Numbered from the stretch's first letter, positions 52,603-61,690 are shown. The stretch is 64,000 nt of DNA from Aquificaceae bacterium (GCA_037925075.1 JAXSNR010000002.1:352001-416000); one strand, 5' to 3'. Notes: a model not told the origin generated them from the letters alone. A program made the numbers and translations.

Positions 52603-53915
52603 TAGAAAAATTCCTCGCTCCAGCGGTTTTTTTACTTACCCTCCTTCTTGTTCTAACAAGACCCAAAGGGCTCGGAATAGGATGGTCCGCATGGATAGGT
52701 GCCCTCCTTGCCATGGCTTTGGGTCTTATAAGCCTCGGAGATGTGCTTTATATTGCAAGCCTTGTTTGGGATGCAACCCTTGCCTTTGTGTTTCTTATTT
52801 TTATATCCATCGTACTTGACAAGGCTGGCTTTTTTGAATGGTTTGCCCTAAGGGCTATAGAGTTGGGTAGAGGGAGAGGCATTTACCTTTTTGTTTCCTT
52901 GATGCTACTTGGTGCCTTTATATCCGCCCTCTTTGCCAACGACGGCTCCGCCCTTATGCTAACCCCCATCATATATTCCAAGATAAAGTACCTAAAACTT
53001 CCCAAAAGACATGTGCTACCCTACATCATGGGAGCGGGCTTTATCTCTGACACCGCAAGCTTGCCCTTGGTTATATCAAACCTAACAAACATAATAACCG
53101 CCCACTACTTTGGCATAGGCTTTTGGAACTACACCCTTTATATGTTTTTCCCAAACCTTGTTTCCGTGCTTTTGAGCCTTCTTGTCCTTTACCTTTTTTA
53201 CCGAAAGGACCTTATAAAAACTTACGAACCTGAACTGATTTTGAACATCCCAGCCCACCATGCGATAAAAGACAGGTTTGTCTTCAAGGTTGGCTTTTTG
53301 GTAATGGTGGTGCTTGGGTTTGTCCTTTTTGTGCTTGAGCTTTTGGGTCTTAAGGTTCCCATTTCCCTTGTTTTGGGTCTTTGTTCCCTTGTGCTATCTC
53401 TTGCCACCTTCAAAAACAGGGTGGTCAATTCAAGGGAAGTTTTTGCCTTTGCTCCTTGGAACATAGTTTTTTTCTCCGTTGGTATGTATGCGGTGGTTTA
53501 TTCTCTAAAAAGGGCTGGCTATACGAATAGCCTCACATGGCTTATAAATAAGTTTTTAGATCACGGAGAACTGCCCGCCATAGTGGGTGTGGGACTGACT
53601 TCAGCCCTTCTTTCTGCGGTAATGAACAACCTGCCCACCGTCATGACGGTAAACATAGCCATAGGTGAGTTGGGGGTTGAGCCACGGATGGCTGAGTTCC
53701 TTGCCCTTGCAAACCTTGTGGGAACCAACATAGGACCAAAGCTAACACCCATAGGCTCTTTGGCAACGCTTTTGTGGCTTTATCTTCTTCAACATAAGGG
53801 TATAAACATAGATTGGGTTTACTACATAAGGGTGGGCTTTGCCCTTACCCTTCCCGTGCTTTTGGGAACGCTTTTAGCCTTGTGGCTCTCTTTTAAACTG
53901 TTTGCACTTTTATAG
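52599..53915 (+). CDS. arsB: Arsenite efflux permease ArsB family
   Basis: RPKGLGIGWSA, ALFANDGSALMLTP, DTASLPLVISNL, MNNLP, GPKLTPIGSLATLLW. Confidence 0.92.
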   Translation: MIEKFLAPAVFLLTLLLVLTRPKGLGIGWSAWIGALLAMALGLISLGDVLYIASLVWDATLAFVFLIFISIVLDKAGFFEWFALRAIELGRGRGIYLFVSLMLLGAFISALFANDGSALMLTPIIYSKIKYLKLPKRHVLPYIMGAGFISDTASLPLVISNLTNIITAHYFGIGFWNYTLYMFFPNLVSVLLSLLVLYLFYRKDLIKTYEPELILNIPAHHAIKDRFVFKVGFLVMVVLGFVLFVLELLGLKVPISLVLGLCSLVLSLATFKNRVVNSREVFAFAPWNIVFFSVGMYAVVYSLKRAGYTNSLTWLINKFLDHGELPAIVGVGLTSALLSAVMNNLPTVMTVNIAIGELGVEPRMAEFLALANLVGTNIGPKLTPIGSLATLLWLYLLQHKGINIDWVYYIRVGFALTLPVLLGTLLALWLSFKLFALL

Positions 53916-53944
53916 AATAGGGCAAGGGCTTAGCCCGGTAAAAT

Positions 53945-54340
53945 TCAGATTTTAAGCAAAATACTTCGCAACTCGTTAACCTCGGACTTACCTATCAGAC
54001 CTCGCTCGTGCACCTGCTTATCAACCCTTACAGGCTCAAGGGTGGAGATGATGTAATCCATTGCCTTGTAAGCCTTTGATGGGTCTCCGCAGGTGTATAC
54101 GTCAATGGTCGCAAGACCATGCTCTGGCCATGTATGGATGGAAATATGGGACTCGGCCAGAAGCACCACGCCGGTGGCACCGTGTGGCTGGAACTGATAG
54201 TAGTGAGAAGAGATTTTTGTGAGGTCTGCAACTTTGACGGCGCTCTCAAGGAGCTGACGCACATCCTCCACCCTGTCAATAAGGTCAGGGTGGACCCCAT
54301 ACAGGTCTGCTAGGATATGCAGTCCGAGGGCTTTGACCAT
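53945..54340 (-). CDS. speD: S-adenosylmethionine decarboxylase proenzyme (class 1B)
   Basis: GLHILADL, LAESHISIHTWPE cleavage site, DVYTCG; ATG 54340 7 nt after AAGGAGG. Confidence 0.93.
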   Translation of the reverse strand: MVKALGLHILADLYGVHPDLIDRVEDVRQLLESAVKVADLTKISSHYYQFQPHGATGVVLLAESHISIHTWPEHGLATIDVYTCGDPSKAYKAMDYIISTLEPVRVDKQVHERGLIGKSEVNELRSILLKI

Positions 54341-54387
54341 TTGCACTCCTCCTTGTCAAGTTTTTGTAGCAGTTTAAACTGCCTCAT
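54310..54387 (-). other. Putative 25-codon upstream ORF overlapping the speD start
   Basis: AAGGAGG 8 nt before ATG 54387; MRQFKLLQKLDKEECKWSKPSDCIS*; embedded in a hairpin. Confidence 0.45.
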
Positions 54388-54433
54388 AGCAAAAACCTCC
54401 TTTTTAACAGAAGGCTAAATTATAATACTTTTT

Positions 54434-54892
54434 GTGAAAAAAGCAAGTGGAAAACAAAAACTCAGACCGACTTCTAACCTTGTCAAGCAGGCGGTCTTCA
54501 ACATGCTGGGAGACATAGAAGGGCTTCTCTTCTTTGACCTTTTTGCTGGAACGGGTCAGATGGGCTTGCAGGCGGAAGAAAAAGGTGCGGAGGTAATTTT
54601 TGTGGAAAAGAACCCAAAATTGGCGGAAAAAATAAGGCAAAAAGCCAGGGGTAAGGTGGTTGTGGAAGATGTCCTCAAGTTTTTAGAAAAGGCGGAGGCT
54701 CATGCGGACATAATTTTCGCAGACCCACCATATGCCTATGAATTTTACGATAAACTTATTGAACTTTCCCTGAAAAACCTCAAAGAAGGGGGCATTTTTA
54801 TACTTGAACACTCCAAAAAACTGGACTTCTCCGCAGAAAGGAAGAAAATTTATGGTGATACCGCCCTGTCTATTTGGAGGAAGGAAGCATGA
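54434..54892 (+). CDS. rsmD: 16S rRNA m2G966 methyltransferase RsmD
   Basis: LRPT, DLFAGTG, ADPPY; classic pairing with coaD. Confidence 0.88.
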   Translation: MKKASGKQKLRPTSNLVKQAVFNMLGDIEGLLFFDLFAGTGQMGLQAEEKGAEVIFVEKNPKLAEKIRQKARGKVVVEDVLKFLEKAEAHADIIFADPPYAYEFYDKLIELSLKNLKEGGIFILEHSKKLDFSAERKKIYGDTALSIWRKEA

Positions 54893-55389
54893 AAAAAGCG
54901 GTATATCCCGGTACCTTTGACCCACCACATTTAGGACATCTGGACATAGTCAAGAGAGCGGTCAAAATCTTTGACCATTTGGTGGTCGCGGTTGCGAAAA
55001 ACCCAAGGAAGAGCCTCCTCTTTAGCATGGAGGAGAGGGTGGACATGTTTTCAAAGATGGTGGAAGGTATGGGTGGAGTTGAAGTAAAGGGCTTTGATGG
55101 ATTGCTTGTAGATTTCATGAAGGAGGAGGGTATTAGTGTAATAGTCCGCGGTGTGAGGCTCTTTACAGATTTTGAATACGAGCTTCAGATAGCCCTAAAC
55201 AACTACAAACTGGCAAAGGTGGAGACGGTTTTTATGATGCCCTCCCAAGATTACATACATATCAGCTCCACCATAGTTAGAGACATAGCAAGCTACTGCG
55301 GATGCCTTAAGGGTCTTGTACATCCTTATGTGGAGAAAAGGCTAAGGGAAAGGTTTGGGTGCTTGGAAACTCTTGACATAAAAACCTAG
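54889..55389 (+). CDS. coaD: Pantetheine-phosphate adenylyltransferase
   Basis: YPGTFDPPHLGH, RGVR..DFEYE, ISSTIVR; ATGA overlap with rsmD. Confidence 0.96.
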   Translation: MKKAVYPGTFDPPHLGHLDIVKRAVKIFDHLVVAVAKNPRKSLLFSMEERVDMFSKMVEGMGGVEVKGFDGLLVDFMKEEGISVIVRGVRLFTDFEYELQIALNNYKLAKVETVFMMPSQDYIHISSTIVRDIASYCGCLKGLVHPYVEKRLRERFGCLETLDIKT

Positions 55390-55401
55390 TACATGGTTAA
55401 T
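55373..55401 (+). promoter_or_regulatory. Possible sigma70 promoter upstream of the RM genes
   Basis: TTGACA at 55373 with an AT-rich -10-like GTTAAT 17 nt downstream. Confidence 0.45.
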
Positions 55402-55465
55402 ATATACACCATTGAGGAGGTTTAAGGATGTCTAAGCTTGATATCAAAATATTGGAGGTAAGGAC

Positions 55466-57871
55466 ATGGAACCAAACAAAACATCAAAGCTTCAAAAGAT
55501 ATTTTCATCATCAGAAGTAAAACACGGTCTTTCCTTATTTTCGCAAGAAGAGTTAGATTTTGTTGAAAATCTGATAATTGAAGAAGAAGATAAACTCTTT
55601 ATCAAGTGCCAAATCAAAGATAAACGCAAACCTGCAAAACCCGAGGAAATAGTAAGACAGTTATTTATCTACAGGATGATATCAGAGTATAACTATCCTA
55701 AAGAACGAATTGATGTTGAAAGAGTTATCTATTTTGGCTCAAGAGATTCTGGACTTGCTGACATTGTCATAATGCATGAAGACATGAAACATCCATATAT
55801 CATTTTTGAAGTTAAGAGACCTAAAAGAAGCGATGGCTTAGAGCAATTAAAAAGTTATTGTAATGCTGAAGGCGCATCCATCGGTGTTTGGTCAAATGGA
55901 AATGAAATGATAAGACTTCATCGAGAAGAACCAAACATCTTTATTGAAATACCAAGAATCCCGAAAGCTAACGAAACATTAAAAGATGTTCTAACGGAAC
56001 GCTGGAATATAAGATGGTTAGAAGAAAATGATGAATTAAAGAAAGGTAAAACAACACTTAAAAAGATTCTTCTTGACTTAGAAGAATTAGTTTTAGGAAA
56101 CGCGGGAGTAGATCCATTTGAAGAAATTTTCAAACTTATCTATGCAAAACTTTATGATGAATGGAGAGGTATTAATGAATCCTCTTATCAACTCAATTTT
56201 TTTGTAGGCGACAGAAGCCCAGAACAAGTAAAAAGAGCGATTGAAAACTTGCTTGAAGGTGCTAAAAGGCAATGGCGGGGCGTTTTTGAACCAACAGATA
56301 GAATTGAACTAAGGGACGAACATCTTAAAGTTTGTGTTTCATTTCTTGAAAAAATAAAATTATTCAATTCTAACCTTCAAATAATTGATGAAGCATTTGA
56401 GTATCTAGTACCGCAAGTATCAAAGAAAAAGGAAGGACAGTTTTTCACACCAAGACCTGTTGTTGATATGATAGTAAAAATGCTTAACCCAAAGTATGAC
56501 GAGGCAATAATTGACCCTGCCTGTGGATCTTGTGGTTTTACTCTTCACTCTATACTTTGGGTTGCCGGTGGAAAACTAACTGCTAACGGTTTACCAGAAA
56601 GAGCCAGAGATTTTGCACAAAACAGAGTTTTTGGTATAGATTTTGCCAAAAAAGCCGTAAAAATCGCAAAGGCAATAAATTTAATTGCTGGAGATGGTAA
56701 AGCTCATGTTTACAAAGCAAATTCACTAGCACCTTTCATCTGGGATGATGAAACTAAAGGAGGATTAAGAGGAAGATTACTACAATTTAAAGACCCAGCA
56801 AAAAATAGAGAGAATGAGGAAAGTTTTACTTATTTTGATTTTGATGTTTTAATGACAAATCCGCCATTTGCTGGAACAGTAAAAGAAAAGGGAATATTAA
56901 GACTTTACAAATTAGCGGAAAAAGGTGGCAGGCTTGTAAATAAAATTGATAGACACATTCTATTTTTAGAAAGGTGTTTACAATTTATACGCCCGGGCGG
57001 AAGAATGGCAATAATTTTACCACAAGGTATATTTAACAATACCAATGCTGAATATATCCGTAGATTCATTATGGAGGAAGCAAGAATTTTAGCTGTTGTT
57101 GGTTTGCATGTAAATACATTTAAACCACATACAGGAACAAAAACAAGCGTTCTTTTCTTACAGAAATATACTGATGAGGAAAAAGAAAAAATTCAGCAAA
57201 TCAAAGCCAAATACGAAAGCAAGTTTGACGAATATTTCTCTGAACTTCAGAACAACTACGGTGATTACAACTGGGATAGTGATGTAGATGAAGAAAACCT
57301 ACCTGAAGAACTTAGAGCATTTTTAGAAAGTTATTTTACTTCAGTTGAGGAAATTGAAGAAATAGAAAATGAAACTGAGGAAATAGAAGAAAATGAAGTT
57401 GGAAAGAAAACTTCACTTAAAGAATTAGTTGATGAATATAAAGAGATTGTTGATATCCTTAATGAAAGAAAGGCTGAACTAAAAAAAGCAAATACTCAAA
57501 GAATAAGTGAAATAAAAAAAGAGATAAACACACTAAATAAAAAGGCAAAAAAGCTCCATCGTGAAATTTCAGAAAGAACTTTAGGTGGGCAGATTTGGTT
57601 AGTTTTGAATGATGATAAAATCAAAGAAGAGTTTAAGAAATTCTGGATTGATGGAAATGTGATAAAAGAAATGGATTATCCTATTTTTATGGCTGTTAAC
57701 AAAAAACCTGTCAAAGACAACAGCGGGGAGTATAGATATAAGAAAAATCCCGATGGCTCTTTTGTTTTGGACGAACACGGACACCCAGTAATTGATCATG
57801 ATTTAGACGAAATCGCAGAAGCTTTTATTAAATTTGCTAAAGAACAAGATGTTTATTTTTGGAGAGAATAA
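55466..57871 (+). CDS. Fused restriction endonuclease (HsdR-N-like PD-(D/E)xK) / N6-adenine DNA methyltransferase
   Basis: PEEIVRQ, ADIV...FEVK nuclease; GQFFTPR, DPACGSCGF, TNPPF MTase motifs; AT-rich. Confidence 0.9.
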   Translation: MEPNKTSKLQKIFSSSEVKHGLSLFSQEELDFVENLIIEEEDKLFIKCQIKDKRKPAKPEEIVRQLFIYRMISEYNYPKERIDVERVIYFGSRDSGLADIVIMHEDMKHPYIIFEVKRPKRSDGLEQLKSYCNAEGASIGVWSNGNEMIRLHREEPNIFIEIPRIPKANETLKDVLTERWNIRWLEENDELKKGKTTLKKILLDLEELVLGNAGVDPFEEIFKLIYAKLYDEWRGINESSYQLNFFVGDRSPEQVKRAIENLLEGAKRQWRGVFEPTDRIELRDEHLKVCVSFLEKIKLFNSNLQIIDEAFEYLVPQVSKKKEGQFFTPRPVVDMIVKMLNPKYDEAIIDPACGSCGFTLHSILWVAGGKLTANGLPERARDFAQNRVFGIDFAKKAVKIAKAINLIAGDGKAHVYKANSLAPFIWDDETKGGLRGRLLQFKDPAKNRENEESFTYFDFDVLMTNPPFAGTVKEKGILRLYKLAEKGGRLVNKIDRHILFLERCLQFIRPGGRMAIILPQGIFNNTNAEYIRRFIMEEARILAVVGLHVNTFKPHTGTKTSVLFLQKYTDEEKEKIQQIKAKYESKFDEYFSELQNNYGDYNWDSDVDEENLPEELRAFLESYFTSVEEIEEIENETEEIEENEVGKKTSLKELVDEYKEIVDILNERKAELKKANTQRISEIKKEINTLNKKAKKLHREISERTLGGQIWLVLNDDKIKEEFKKFWIDGNVIKEMDYPIFMAVNKKPVKDNSGEYRYKKNPDGSFVLDEHGHPVIDHDLDEIAEAFIKFAKEQDVYFWRE

Positions 57872-57874
57872 AAA

Positions 57875-59242
57875 ATGGCTGTAATAAACATTATAAAATT
57901 ATCTGAACTTGAAGGAGCAAAGAGGATAGATGCCGAGTACTACCAACCAGAGTATTTGGAAGTAAAAAATAAGCTCTTGAAGACTAACGCCACTTATTTT
58001 AAAAATTTGGTAAGGGAAATAATACATCCTAAAGAGATTAAAAGGGAGTATGAGGAAGAAGAAAAAGATTACTTATTTTTACTTGCTCAAAATGTGAGAC
58101 CTTTAATGCTTGATTTATCTGAGAGAAAATACATAAGTTCTAAAACTGCACTTTCTTTACAAAAAAATTTATTGGAAATAGGAGATCTTCTTTTTGTTAG
58201 AACAGGTGCCATTGGTGATGTGACGGCATACACAGGTAAACCCAGAAATGTCGTAGCTTCTTCTCATATTCTAATTGCTAAGCCAAATTTTAGAACATCT
58301 CCTTTTTACTTAGCAGTATTTTTTAATACAAAGCTTGGCAAAAAAATAATAATTAGGGGGAATTATGGAGCTGTGCAACCCGAAATTTCACCAGAGCATG
58401 TTAAAACAATTCCGGTGCCGATATTAAATCAAGACCTAATAGAGTGCGTAGAGAAAAAATTTCTTCAAGCCCAAGAGTTATCTGAACAAAGTCAATCTCT
58501 CTACTCTCAAGCTGAATCCCTCCTTTTATCTGAATTAGGATTACAAGACTTTAAACCAGAAGACAGATTATTTTACAAAGTTAGTTTCTCAAAAGCAAGC
58601 ACAGTTCATAGAATTGATGCAGAATATTTTAAGCCAAAATATGAGGAAATTTTTGATTTCATTAAATGTCCCATTAAAAGATTAGGAGAAATAACAAAGT
58701 TTCTTAATCATGCAAAACAACCACCTTATGTTGAGAATGGGGAAATCCCAATAATTACTCAAAAACACCTAGGGAAAGCATTTCTAAATTTAGATTTTAT
58801 AAAAGATTCTGAAACAAAATTTACAAGTGAAGAATGGTTAAATAAGAATCTAGATTACAGATTAAGAATAGGCGATGTTTTATATTATTCAGTGGGAGCA
58901 TATATTGGAAAAACAAATATTGTTTTAGATGAGATTAAAGCAACAGCTGCAAGCTTTATCACTATTATTAGACCTACTGATGAAGTTAACTCAGCTTATT
59001 TAACTGTTGTTCTCAATAGTATTGTTGGTCAATTACAATCTGAAAAATGGCAATCAGCAACCGCACAGCAATATATTTATCCAAAAGATATTAAAAACTT
59101 TATAATCCCCATTCTTCCCAAATCTATCCAACAAGAAATCGCCAATCTTGTTCAAAAATCCCACGAAGCAAGAAGAAAAGCGGAACAACTTTTGGAAGAA
59201 GCAAAAAAGATGGTTGAAGATGCTATTGAAAAACAAGGATAA
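57875..59242 (+). CDS. Restriction-modification specificity subunit (HsdS-like, two TRDs)
   Basis: Repeated RIDAEY(Y/F) units, two TRD-like blocks, coiled-coil spacers; 3 nt after the RM gene. Confidence 0.88.
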   Translation: MAVINIIKLSELEGAKRIDAEYYQPEYLEVKNKLLKTNATYFKNLVREIIHPKEIKREYEEEEKDYLFLLAQNVRPLMLDLSERKYISSKTALSLQKNLLEIGDLLFVRTGAIGDVTAYTGKPRNVVASSHILIAKPNFRTSPFYLAVFFNTKLGKKIIIRGNYGAVQPEISPEHVKTIPVPILNQDLIECVEKKFLQAQELSEQSQSLYSQAESLLLSELGLQDFKPEDRLFYKVSFSKASTVHRIDAEYFKPKYEEIFDFIKCPIKRLGEITKFLNHAKQPPYVENGEIPIITQKHLGKAFLNLDFIKDSETKFTSEEWLNKNLDYRLRIGDVLYYSVGAYIGKTNIVLDEIKATAASFITIIRPTDEVNSAYLTVVLNSIVGQLQSEKWQSATAQQYIYPKDIKNFIIPILPKSIQQEIANLVQKSHEARRKAEQLLEEAKKMVEDAIEKQG

Positions 59243-59344
59243 GAAAGTCATAAAAAGCTCTGCAAGAAAAAGAGGTCATTATATTAGCTAATCTTCTTAA
59301 GGTTCAACCTACTTACAAAAAGTTTTATCGGATGAATAAACACC

Positions 59345-59788
59345 TTACCTACATTCCACCCCTTCCCTGTCTATATACTCCTTCATCTTCCTTATGGCCT
59401 CTTCACCTGTGAATAAGTCCTTTAGGTCCCTTTCAAGGTTTGTGGGCTTTAGCCTTGCAATCCATCCTCTTGTGTAAGGGTAGTCGTTTATAAGGTCTGG
59501 TGTATCAAAAAGCTCCTCGTTTCTTTCTACCACTTCTCCCTCTATAACCGCAGGCACGGGACCTGTCCATTTTCCACTCTCAAGGCTTGCAATGGGTTTT
59601 CCCTTTGGTACATGCTTGCCCGGAGCTTTTATGCGTACATTCACCATCCTGCCTGCCCTTGTTTGTCCTATGTCTGTCGCTCCTACTGTAACGGTGCCAT
59701 CTGGCTCAAGCCTGTACCAGACCTGATTTTCTATATCGTAGTAAAGCTCTGGCGGTATATTACAGCCTTTGTATATTTCCTCGCTCAT
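59345..59788 (-). CDS. GcvH-like lipoate-binding protein (LbpA-type)
   Basis: LESGKWTGPV lipoyl-lysine motif, INDYPY.RGWI, N- and C-terminal Cys. Confidence 0.85.
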   Translation of the reverse strand: MSEEIYKGCNIPPELYYDIENQVWYRLEPDGTVTVGATDIGQTRAGRMVNVRIKAPGKHVPKGKPIASLESGKWTGPVPAVIEGEVVERNEELFDTPDLINDYPYTRGWIARLKPTNLERDLKDLFTGEEAIRKMKEYIDREGVECR

Positions 59789-60326
59789 GGAGGAGTATTT
59801 TACAGGAACGTTCAAGGACGGATATATGAGCATAAGCATAAAAGGGGTCAAGGTCTGCGGAAAAAACACCGTGAGCTCTCACCACCACAAGCCTTGAAGC
59901 CTTCAAAGATGAGGCAACCGCCTTGGCAAGCTCATAACTTCCAGAAGGGTAGTTAGGAATAACCTCCACCCTTCCAAGAAGGTCCCTTCCTTCGGAGTCT
60001 ATGGGCTCTATGTGGTCCATCTCAAGGGATAAAATGGTGGTTGCCAGTGGATGGGCATGCACCACCGCACGATGGGAGGTTTGAAGGTATATCTCCCTAT
60101 GAACCACAAGCTCGGAAGAAGCCCTATCTTCAAGGATATGGGCTTTTTCAAGAGGTAGCTCTACAAAATCCCAGCCTTCAAGCCTTCCAAGATGGCTTCC
60201 CCTTCTGGTTATAATAAGTTGGTCCTTTAGCCTTACAGACAGGTTTCCAGCCCTTGCATCCACAAGCCCCTCTCTGTACAAAAGCCTTCCAACCTCTACA
60301 AGCTTTTTTATGGCTACCTTTTCCAT
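59760..60326 (-). CDS. Class II aldolase/adducin family protein
   Basis: GNLSVR, ASSELVVH, VVHAHP, AHGV. Confidence 0.9.
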   Translation of the reverse strand: MEKVAIKKLVEVGRLLYREGLVDARAGNLSVRLKDQLIITRRGSHLGRLEGWDFVELPLEKAHILEDRASSELVVHREIYLQTSHRAVVHAHPLATTILSLEMDHIEPIDSEGRDLLGRVEVIPNYPSGSYELAKAVASSLKASRLVVVRAHGVFSADLDPFYAYAHISVLERSCKILLHERGNIQRL

Positions 60327-61681
60327 AGGAGGCTAAAAAGTATAAAGCTTACAATGCTAAAGGCAAGCCCCACAAGAAGGGCAAACTCGCTTTCAAGCAC
60401 ATACTCAAAAAGAACCCAACTGAAAAAGCCAGAAAGCATGGAGGCTAAGGCGGATATGGGATTTGAGCCCTTAAAGTAAAGCCCAGCAACAAGTGGCACA
60501 AAGAGAGAAACAAGGCTCAAGGCGGAGGAGCTTCCCACAAGGTGGTATATGGACTCACCGGAAAGGGCAAAGCCAAGGGAAGCAACAGACACAAGCAGAA
60601 CACAGGCTCTCGTAAGCCAAAGAAAGCCTCTGTCGGAGAGGTTTTTTATATAAGGCTTTATAAGGTTTTCACTGAGAACGGAGGCGGGGGCAAGCACAGC
60701 AGCACTGGCGGTGCTCATAATGGCAGACAGCAAGGCACCAAAGAAAAACACCTTGGTAGGTAGGCTCGCATGCTCCCTTATCATGATGGGAAGCATAAGC
60801 TGAGGGTCCATATGAAGAAGCTCAGGATACTTGGTCCTTGCAAAGACCGCAAGAACAAGAGGCACAAGGGCAACGGTAAGGTACATAAAGCCGGCCAAGA
60901 TGGTGGACAAAACCGCCACCCTCTCACTCCTTGATGCCATAACCCTCTGAAACACATCCTGCTGGGGGATAGACCCAAGCCCTATGGTGATCCATGCGGA
61001 GATGTAAAGGAGAACATCCTTTAAGGTAGGCTCTGGGAAAAATTTGTAGTAATCTGGAGGCTGAGAAGCCAACACCGTAGCAATCTGAGAAAAACCAGAG
61101 GAAACCTCATAAAGCACCGCCAAAAGACCTACTATTATGGTTATGGTTTGCAAAAAGTCCGTCAAAGATACCGCCCACATGCCACCCAGAAAGGTGTAAA
61201 GGAGCACCACACCAAAGCCCAAAAGTATGCCCAAAACCTGAGGAATGCCCAACACAAGCTGAAGAATAATACCTATGGCAACCATCTGAGCCCCAACCCA
61301 CCCAAAGTAAGAAAAGACCATCATAAGACTTGCCACCACCTCCGCCTTCCTTCCATAAACCACCCTGTAAAAATCTCCCATGGTCAAGAGGTTCATCTTA
61401 TAAAGGGGCTTGGCAAAGAAAAGACCTATAAGAATAAGACATAGTGCTGCACCAAAGGGGTCTTCTATCACACCCAATAGCCCATCCTTTGCCATCACAG
61501 AGGACGCTCCCAGTACCGTTTCTGAACCAAACCATGTGGCAAAGGACACAAAGGTAGCCATGTAAAGGGGCAAACTTCTGCCAGCCAGTATGTAATCCTT
61601 TGAGTTTTTAACAAGCTTTGACGCCAGAACTCCTATAAGCAAAGTGCCAAGTATGTACAAAAGTATGAAGCCCGCAAGCAT
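60314..61681 (-). CDS. Sodium:solute symporter (SSS/SLC5) family
   Basis: DYILAGRSL, ATWFGSE, GGMWAVSLTDFLQ, GSIPQQDVFQRV. Confidence 0.92.
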   Translation of the reverse strand: MLAGFILLYILGTLLIGVLASKLVKNSKDYILAGRSLPLYMATFVSFATWFGSETVLGASSVMAKDGLLGVIEDPFGAALCLILIGLFFAKPLYKMNLLTMGDFYRVVYGRKAEVVASLMMVFSYFGWVGAQMVAIGIILQLVLGIPQVLGILLGFGVVLLYTFLGGMWAVSLTDFLQTITIIVGLLAVLYEVSSGFSQIATVLASQPPDYYKFFPEPTLKDVLLYISAWITIGLGSIPQQDVFQRVMASRSERVAVLSTILAGFMYLTVALVPLVLAVFARTKYPELLHMDPQLMLPIMIREHASLPTKVFFFGALLSAIMSTASAAVLAPASVLSENLIKPYIKNLSDRGFLWLTRACVLLVSVASLGFALSGESIYHLVGSSSALSLVSLFVPLVAGLYFKGSNPISALASMLSGFFSWVLFEYVLESEFALLVGLAFSIVSFILFSLLWKR

Positions 61682-61690
61682 GCCAATATT

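Noticed and set aside
54310..54327. uORF ending ...DCIS resembling the mammalian AdoMetDC uORF MAGDIS
   Set aside because: These codons are dictated by the overlapping speD GLHIL sequence; likely coincidence
54372..54378. UUUAAAC slippery heptamer fusing the speD uORF to speD by -1 frameshift
   Set aside because: Wrong phase for tandem slippage, and the speD frame has stops (TAA, TGA) before its start
55390..59344. Target-site duplication or terminal inverted repeats around the RM island
   Set aside because: Only very short matches (e.g. TTAAGG) seen by eye; not distinguishable from chance
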